Origin: Balanoglossus misakiensis
Lineage: Eukaryota > Animalia > Hemichordata
DNA: 64,000 bases
Reading direction: 5' to 3'
Assembly (NCBI GenBank): GCA_040954595.2
Contig: CM082582.2
Location: 6,574,063 to 6,638,062 of the forward strand
Every line of letters starts with the position of its first letter. Position 1 is the stretch's first letter. The translations under genes and the position numbers were made by a program. The notes under the pieces were generated by a model. It had not been told where the DNA came from and did no database searches. It was given only the letters and a program-made list of their open reading frames with translations. Below are positions 14,828-22,610 of this stretch, in pieces.

Positions 14828-14934
14828 TCATAATTAATCACGTCCATACTGAATACAGTAAAAACGTGGACGCTCATGCGCAGAGGAATAATGATACTAC
14901 GTCATGATTTTATAGCGCAGTTCCGTCGGTAAGA

Positions 14935-14940
14935 TATAAA
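14935..14940 (+). promoter_or_regulatory. TATA box candidate for the 130-aa ORF
   Basis: TATAAA lies ~45 bp upstream of ATG 14984, which has A at -3 (GGAACATG). Confidence 0.45.
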
Positions 14941-14983
14941 ACAAATTCACACGGTGCGGTAGTGTTGTGCAACCAACAGGAAC

Positions 14984-15376
14984 ATGCCGTTATTTAAGAA
15001 AATCTTCAGCAACCCCAAATACCACATTGCAAATGCCTACGATGGGAAGATCTACATACGGGCAGACAAGGACAGGACCTACATAAAGAACTTATCTGCT
15101 GAAGTAGAGGGCGAAGTTAGAAAGGTTAGTGTTGGTGGTGGTGGGTCCGTGGAACTCGGCCAGAAGTTTATTGAAAGAGGTTATGCCGCACTGAAAAGTC
15201 GAGATTTCATGGAGGTGGACGGCAACGTGATCTCGGTAATAACGGCGAGTGGAGAGTTTGTTGCTCAAGATTACTCACTTCCTTATGACCGGTCTGCTAT
15301 CGTCACTAAAGAAGCAACAATTAAGCTGGCAAAATACGGAAAACTATGGCAAGACGACAATGGCAAAAATCATTAA
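14984..15376 (+). CDS. Intronless uncharacterised 130-aa protein
   Basis: Complete ATG..TAA ORF with protein-like composition (MPLFKKIFSNPKYHIANAYDGKIYIRAD...DRSAIVTKEATIKLAKYGKLWQDDNGKNH), an upstream TATA and a good start context. No domain recognised. Confidence 0.7.
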   Translation: MPLFKKIFSNPKYHIANAYDGKIYIRADKDRTYIKNLSAEVEGEVRKVSVGGGGSVELGQKFIERGYAALKSRDFMEVDGNVISVITASGEFVAQDYSLPYDRSAIVTKEATIKLAKYGKLWQDDNGKNH

Positions 15377-15463
15377 AGGACACCATCGAACGGTCGCAGG
15401 AGAAGTTTTCCCATGCTAGTGTTTGAACTGAAGAGAGAATACGCAAGTCGTTTTCTGTGGACT

Positions 15464-16395
15464 GACTCCTGCCTAAACTACAAACATGGAATGCAAGCCG
15501 AATGGAGAAATAACCCAATGACATTAATTATCTGCGTTCAGATGGCTGGAAATATAATTTTGTGAACAATCATTTTGATATTATTCACCTACACAAGACC
15601 TTATTAGCTGCTAAATCAACCCAACCTTTATTCATAGCAAATACCAATCTACTTAATTGTGATGTTCCGTTTTCATTTTGCTCTCTTTAGTTCCACTAAT
15701 CAGTTATGTGTTGTTAATATTTTTTAAATGTATCGGTATACTGTGGAGACACAGATATACTTAGTTACCTGCATGGCGACAATTATCCAAAGATGTTCCC
15801 TAACAAGTCCATATATTGCAACAAGAAACGGAATACTCATGCGCAGAGTTTCCGCCAGTTAGGTTCCTAAGGAACAATGTATGAAAAACATCACACAGTA
15901 CAATAGTGTTGCTGTGAGACCAACTTGAAGGGTAAAAATTGGGTATTTTAAAGGGAGCTTTCACCGACCCATCGCCACCAAACACGCAACACTCGTACAG
16001 ACAAAATACGAACAATGTCCAACGATCGAAAAGGAACTATCCCCGTGTTTACACAATGAAGACGCATGTGCACTAACTCGGACTTCTGCCAAAATTACAA
16101 AACCTTGATTCAAGCCTAAGGAAGAAATATCACAATGACATTATTTATCTGCGTTCAGTTGGCTGGTAATAAAATTGTGTGACAAATAATTTTGACATTT
16201 TTGATCTACATTTACGAATCATTATTGACTGCTAAATCAATCCAACCGACATTTATATCGAAATATCTTCTTAACTGTAATGTATTTAATCTGCACGTGT
16301 CTTATGCTTTCCGTTTTCATTCTGTTCTTTTTCATTTTTACTGATAATCTTGGATATATATCGGTACACAGTGAAGATACAAGTTGTAACTAGCC
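15464..16395 (+). repeat. Diverged direct duplication (~15464-15770 vs ~16081-16395) of the region downstream of the orphan ORF
   Basis: CAATGACATTAATTATCTGCGTTCAGATGGCTGG (15516) vs CAATGACATTATTTATCTGCGTTCAGTTGGCTGG (16133). Further matches CTGCTAAATCAA, TTCCGTTTTCATT and TCGGTA at an offset of ~620 bp. Confidence 0.8.
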
Positions 16396-16732
16396 ACGTA
16401 TCCAGACATCGATAAGACTCTGTGGCCAATCTGAATAGACAATTAAACTGTAATTTATGTGCATAATCTAAAACTATCCCTTGTGTGTTATATCATATCT
16501 AGGAATTCTCTATACCCATACATAAAACAAATTTTATGCTCTACTCTAAAGAGACTTCTAATATATCCAGTGCTCTACTTGCCAAACATAGCATTTATGT
16601 GTGTATGGGCAATTGTTATTGTTGACAAATGAATTCTAGTCCGGTCTTGAATTCAAATTTTGCATATAACAATGCTGACTATACACAGTCATGTATGTTG
16701 TGTTGATAAGCTCCAATCTTGCGTATAGTTCA

Positions 16733-16805
16733 GTTTCCGTAGTGTAGCGGTTATCACGTTCGCCTAACACGCGAAAGGTCCCCGGTTCGAGCCCGGGCGG
16801 AAACA
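16733..16805 (+). tRNA. trnV: tRNA-Val (anticodon AAC)
   Basis: GTTTCCGTAGTGTAGCGGTTATCACGTTCGCCTAACACGCGAAAGGTCCCCGGTTCGAGCCCGGGCGGAAACA, 73 nt. Acceptor stem GTTTCCG/CGGAAAC, anticodon stem TTCGC/GCGAA with AAC at 16766-16768, T-loop TTCGA, and a T6 Pol III terminator at ~16812. Confidence 0.98.
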
Positions 16806-17135
16806 TCTGTATTTTTTGTTGTAATTGACAACAGATCGGGTTGATTTACGTACAAACTTCCAAGAACAGAATTGGTAGCGCAGTCGATATAAATTTTTTT
16901 CCTTCTTGTTCTCTTCTGACAAGTCACCACTGACACAAAGCTCAAGGCGTAAATAACGACAGTAGTAGTTATTTTATTTGTAAGAACTTTAATGTTTTTT
17001 TTCTTATGATTATTTTTCTATTCTGTGTCGTCTACGCTTTCAAACTGAGAGAGGATATCCAAGGCGGAAAGTTTTTTTCGTGTGCATATATTTCTGGGAC
17101 TATCTCGTAGGACACAAAACTGGCCAGCGTTCCAA

Positions 17136-17399
17136 CTACATGGCCCAGGATCCAGCGTCGATTGGAATTTCAGCCCCGGTGATTTGATCAGCGGCTGGAG
17201 TGCACAGGAAAGCAGCCATCTCAGCCACCTGAAGGGGAAAATATGCAGAGTTATGCATATGTGTGTTATATAACATGTTCAAGAAGGCATTGCCCAATGG
17301 CTTCATTGTACAACATAGTAAACGATGTTACAACTTCGTATAAACGATGTTCACTACTTTAATGCTCACTTGTTGGGAATGTTCTTAGCATTTTGCTTC

Positions 17400-17497
<98 letters not shown>

Positions 17498-18281
17498 TAC
17501 AATTAGGAAAAATTTGACCGGTGTCTTTGCCGCATACCTGTTCCACTTGGACAAATTCCCCAGACGGATTTGTCCCGAGAAGTAATCGTTTCTGAGAAGT
17601 GAAAGAAAGTGACCACGTTCAACATTTGACAATGTCAGCATGTCTATGCCGTCTAGATCTGTCGCTGCATGGTCGTCAATGTTTGCGGAGATTCACAGGT
17701 TTAAATGCATACTAAAAAATCACTTCAAAATCATATTTTTTTACACAAAATGGGCTAAGATAAACAGCATCAAATCACATACCTTTGCTTCTTCATGTGA
17801 TATACTATACTTCTCGGCAAATCTTTCAATTTTTTGGCCTATCACTGTAAAAATCACATTCCATTATGTTATCGTTGTAGGACCAGGAAGGAAAGCAAAA
17901 CAATTAGGCTTTACCAACGCCAAAATTCTCCCGCTTGTCATGATAGTCAGAATAGTAACCAGATGTCAACTGAATGTCCTCACGTGATACGAGATGGAAC
18001 ATTTTTGGTTCGTCGATTCGTTGAGGCACAGGTCGTTTGGACGCTGGCCTGGATGTTAAACATCGATTCAAGTTTAGGCTGTTATTACTGGTATTTCGGC
18101 GCTTGCTACGGTATATTCCCGCTTGCCCGATCCAGTCTACATAGAATTGCAAGTTCATAACTTGATTAATTCGCTGGGCGCTGTCACCAAAACCTAACCG
18201 TTTCTTGCCACTCTATAGTAGAACCTGGAGACCAAACCTGATCGAAATGTGATCATCCGTTCTTGAGATATCATGCTAAAG

Positions 18282-18319
<38 letters not shown>

Positions 18320-21029
18320 TTCTACCTATTACATCCAGGTTAGATAATGTAATTCACTTTGTGTTCTGTAAACGTGTACTCACATTGTGTTTCAACATAG
18401 GCTGGACAGATGGCGTTGCACGTTACACCTGTTCCCAAGCTGTGTGCGGCTGTTACCTGTATAAAGATCGAACGCAACCTCTTAATTTAGGCACATTAAT
18501 TTGCTCACACAGCGTGATAAACCGTACTGTCATGAAATAAAATGCTAGAGTTCGTCTGTCAACATGAATGTAGTATTTTTCATCTGCATTGCAGCTGCGG
18601 CCGAATAGTGAATATATATACTAGTATACGGCCGAACGTGCATATATTATTTTACGTACTCAAAGTCCTCGTTGACTAACTAACTGGGAAAATATAGCAT
18701 ACCTTCGTCAAGCCATTGAGGCCGTGTTTTGACGCTGCGTATGCCACGCTGGAGCCGGGGGACACGCTCTTGCTTCGCACCGAAGATATGTTTATGATGC
18801 GACCCCAACCTGAACGCACAGGCGTCAGAGAAAGAGAGATAGAGTCTCATAAATGGAAAGACTTACATGTACACACATATGAATTAAAGTTACGTAGCAC
18901 TCTGTGATCAACGAGTTGAAACTACAGCATAAGCTTTCGGGAACATGTAGTCCCCTTCATCAGATGCACACGTGGAAGGAATGAACAGAGAATCATGGGG
19001 TATTCAAAGTAGAAAATATGTGCAGGACCAGGTGCATCAGAAAACAAAAGAAGAGTTGGGTGTGAAAATTGAACAATGGAAATGTTAATGGGAATGCAAA
19101 TGTGTAAATGGGGCAGTGGACTGCAGAAAACTGACAGTTTTGTAGTGTGACATAAAACCATAGTCCCGGTTAAGTCCACACAGTCAAAATGTAACTTCAG
19201 TTCATCCAATTCACGTTCACGGTTGTTCATATAGTTTGCCTTTTTACGGCTGTCACGGTACAGTTATGGAATGTGCTGGTCTGTTGAAATGTTCACTAAC
19301 GGGTTTGTGTATATTACCATTCTGTATGTCAAATCTGTGGTTGTTTCCGCGTTTCCGCAGTGACTGTCCAGTTTGACCTATACATGTATATACAGCGTGT
19401 GGGCATTGGGCTACATAACTTTAATTCACATTGTACTGAAGATCAACACGGCAATACTCCTGAATGTACACACATGACTCCACATCGATGACTTCTCAGA
19501 AAGTAGGTTTTGAGTAAATAGCATTGATAATTGAAGATCCGAATGAACCCTTGTTGTCTTCCAGTAGGCCTACACTTACCTTTCTTTTTCATGTCACTCA
19601 GTAAAAGCCGGGTTAAATCAAATGGCGCCGTCATATTCGTAGCAATGATTTCATCCCATTTCTCTACCGGAAACTCTTCAGTTTTATATCCATACAATGC
19701 TAGTAAAATGATAAAATGAAAGTTATTACATTGCATGTCTTCTTTGCTTACTAAAACGTGGAATAAACATGCCACTATGACGTAATGGCAAATGTTTAAC
19801 AAATCAGAGTTTTATTCACTGACAACGTGACAATATTATACATCGTGATAATATGAATGTCATTACTTCTCCTCTAAGTGATTGTCATTTTTCTTACCAA
19901 AACTTGAAAAAAATGCCACCAGACGTGATTGCACGTACAACATGGCAATATGTACATCAATCACTTACATATTCATTCACTTAATATAACCAACCAAAAT
20001 AGCACTTGCACTCGAATTTACAAAATTCAAAAGAGAGGATCGAATTGTTTGAAATAGTTCCCACGAATTTCAGCATTTGCACACGAATTTTCTTCAATGG
20101 CTGTTAGTTTTGTATAGATGGTGTCACGGCAAAGGTTATAGAAAACGTTATACAACATACATGATTCAGTTCTCACTGAAGTATTCACTTGATAAAAATC
20201 TCACCCGCATTATTGACGAGTACGTCTACTCCAGCAGGATAGATCGGTTTGATTTTCTTGCACATAATTTCTATTTCTGAGCGCTTCAGTAGATTTGCCT
20301 CTAGGTAATTGACTGCAACGTTGTTTTCTCTGTTTTTGATGAAAAAGATACGAACACAAGTAAATACGTATGTGTGTGCATGTTTGTGTAAAATTGAATG
20401 CAATGAAACGCTGACAAAATATGCAGAATTTAGTGTTAATGATAGTTTCGCCTTTTTTTAGACCTAAAAGAGTTTTCTCCATAACCGCAGACAGCCATGC
20501 TTGTAGACCTTACTGAATACGTACGGATATTGGCGTATGTATCGTGTTTTTGTTGTCGGGAAGTTTACCACAGATCTAGTGATATATAGTACCATCAGAG
20601 ATTACAAAGTTAAAAATTATGAAATATGTTCAAATATCATATTTATTGGGAGCCGCAGTTGGATTTGAAGCTAATAGCTTCTGAAACAATAGTCTAATTC
20701 TCAGAATGATTTTGGTTTAAAATACCCTACTGGGTACTCTACCACCTAAACTTATGCGGAATGTTATGTTTTAGAACCTTCTTCATCCTACGTAAAACTG
20801 TCAAATGACACCATTGATAAACGCATTTTGATTCCAGTGAGCTCTTATTACATGTATGAACTTCCTACTTTTCTAAACGTTCTCTCAGTGGTTCCACTTC
20901 TTCTGCGTTCCGTCTTCCGTGTAAGATGATGGAATATCCATTTCTAGCCAGGGATTTAGCGATTCCATATCCTATACTACCAGCTGAAGTCGATCCGGTG
21001 ATTAAGGCCACTCTGCCTGCGACTGCCAT
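17136..21029 (-). CDS. Short-chain dehydrogenase/reductase, D-3-hydroxybutyrate dehydrogenase-like, paralogue 1 (264 aa, 8 exons)
   Basis: Exons 21029-20869, 20329-20205, 19699-19580, 18809-18703, 18456-18384, 17844-17783, 17591-17538, 17228-17136. All introns GT-AG, phases consistent, 795 nt. Motifs: TGSTSAGSIGYG, VLVNNA, EEFPVEKWDEII, GWGRIINISS, YAASK, GVTCNAICP, ITGAEIPIDAGSWAM*. Confidence 0.93.
17403..17494. repeat. (CA)46 microsatellite, last intron of SDR paralogue 1
   Basis: Perfect AC run. Confidence 0.98.
18230..18319 (+). repeat. Interspersed repeat fragment ending in (GACA)n; a similar unit at ~27660-27800 (possibly DINE-1/Helentron-associated type)
   Basis: ...CCGTTCTTGAGATATCATGCTAAAGGACAGACAG...; at 27660 AAAGTTTGAATAAAGTCATCCCAG...CAGACAGACAG. 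The family assignment is an inference from the GACA/GTCT tail. Confidence 0.3.
18879..19463 (-). mobile_element. 5'-truncated Penelope-like retroelement (Neptune-like) with degenerate GIY-YIG C-terminus, pLTR hammerhead and inverted 5' end
   Basis: 12-bp TSD ATGTACACACAT at 18867-18878 and 19464-19475. Minus strand ~19409-19140 translates, with frameshifts, to CPHAVY(TC)IGQTGQSLRKRGNNHRFDIQNGNIHKPVSEHFNRPAHSI...RERELDELKL..FDC..GLNRDYGFMSHY. 19410-19431 is an inverted copy of 18877-18898. Confidence 0.9.
18927..18967 (-). ncRNA. Minimal hammerhead ribozyme motif (PLE type), copy A
   Basis: GCAU-CUGAUGA-A-GGGGAC-UACAU-GUUCCC-GAAA-GCUU-AUGC: conserved core, 6-bp stem II, palindromic AAGCUU in place of stem III, stem I GCAU/AUGC. 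Confidence 0.8.
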
Positions 21030-21344
21030 ATTTTCAGACTAGAGATTAAACATTTAAAAATTGTACACATTACAATGCTTACTGCACATCAATTAATTGC
21101 CTCTCATCCGAGTGCTGAAGATTCTCCAGTACACACGTTGTAATTTCCCATTCCGGGTAACCCGGAAGTACAGTCGGTTTTGTTATAAGCTTTACACGTA
21201 GCATACGTAGTCGTGCGAGTGTTGTTACACGGAGAACTGCTCCTAGTGCGACTGTGCCATGCAGTCCTACTGGTATGGCGTGCGCCAGTGGTCACTAGCC
21301 CATACTAGGGAGGCGACGGAGCCAAAGCCGGACAATGGCCCAGG

Positions 21345-21380
21345 CACAGGCGGCGGATTACCGGTAATCCGCCGCCTGTG
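21345..21380. repeat. Perfect 36-bp GC-rich palindrome
   Basis: CACAGGCGGCGGATTACCGGTAATCCGCCGCCTGTG is its own reverse complement. Confidence 0.95.
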
Positions 21381-21401
21381 GGCCCGGGGCTCATGCAACA
21401 C

Positions 21402-21485
21402 CTAGCCCTGCGTACAGGTCTGCGGGCTCCGGTGGCGGAGGCCGCGTAACACCGGTAGCACACAGACCCGTGTACGCAGAGCTGG
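21402..21485. mobile_element. Short fold-back (MITE-like) element
   Basis: Left arm CTAGCCCTGCGTACAGGTCTGCGGGCTCCGGTG pairs with right arm CACCGGTAGCACACAGACCCGTGTACGCAGAGCTGG. Confidence 0.55.
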
Positions 21486-22165
21486 TACTGTCGTGCAAAA
21501 TAAGCCCGACACTGTGTGAGGCACCAAATTGACGTTCAAAGTACTTTAAGTCGGAAATTCCAATATTCATTTCTTCAGAAAATCATGCACTGTATTGACC
21601 TTTACGCTTACCTTACATGTATTTTGTTATCGTCGACCGGCCTCACAATTTGCCACATGGCCATGACCCCAGGCTTCTCCGGTCAAATCCCTTTCAGTAA
21701 TTGGCCGAGTAAATTGGTCGTCTGTAGAGGGCGCTTTGGTAATAAGTGGTAGTGTATCTTCAGTGAAGAAAGAAATCTGGTATACGGCTGCCCACGTCGC
21801 CACCAATGACTGAAATTCATCCAAGTAGTTTTCCAGGTTAAACCAGTTTAAACTAGCTTCAAACAAAACAGTGTGTCAACATGGTATTGTATTAATTTGT
21901 CCGGCGGTCTTTGGCCATTTTCATGTGACCTCACCATGACTGGGTTAACCTGCGAACGGTGACGACAGATGGTCCAAGTGTTGACCTTTAATGTTGAATA
22001 ATGCCAGGATATGAAACAGTGAATAAAGTCATGATAAAAAAATTTAATGACGTCAAACGGGTACAAAATATACATCACCGACTTAAAGATAATGTACGCT
22101 TCTAAATTTAACGTGCTTACTATTCACAACTCGGTAATAATACACATAACGTGGTAGTGTGACAA

Positions 22166-22567
22166 CTACATGGCCCACAGTCCAGCATCGACTGGAATTT
22201 CCGCTCCCGTGATTTGATCAGCGGCAGAAGTGCACAAGAACGCGGCCAGTTCGGCAACCTGAAGGAAAAATTATGTTCAGCATTATTGGAAGGTAATGAT
22301 CCTGTTATCATCCGGGTATCTGTGAACCACGGGTACATAGGTCTGTCATCGTGCCAACGTTAGGCACACCTAAAATCTAACATGTTATTCAAAGTGCCAC
22401 GCCTGCTGACGATTTCTTCGGAGGATTCCATCAGAGTCAGGAAACAAAATAAATACCTGTTCCACCTTCACGAATTCTCCGGACGGGTTGACAGTACGTA
22501 GAATTCGGAGCTACGGAATGAACAAGAGAGACATTAATCGTCTGTCACTCGCATCTCTCTCTTTCTG

Positions 22568-22610
<43 letters not shown>

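Noticed and set aside
14841-14872. Hairpin CGTCCA-TACTG-AATA-CAGTA..TGGACG at the array end as a Helitron 3' terminus
   Set aside because: No CTRR end follows and there are no other Helitron hallmarks; a short hairpin could be chance.
17325-17641. HT/CV-repeat ORFs (also at 24768-25092 and 42267-42629)
   Set aside because: These are translations of microsatellites.
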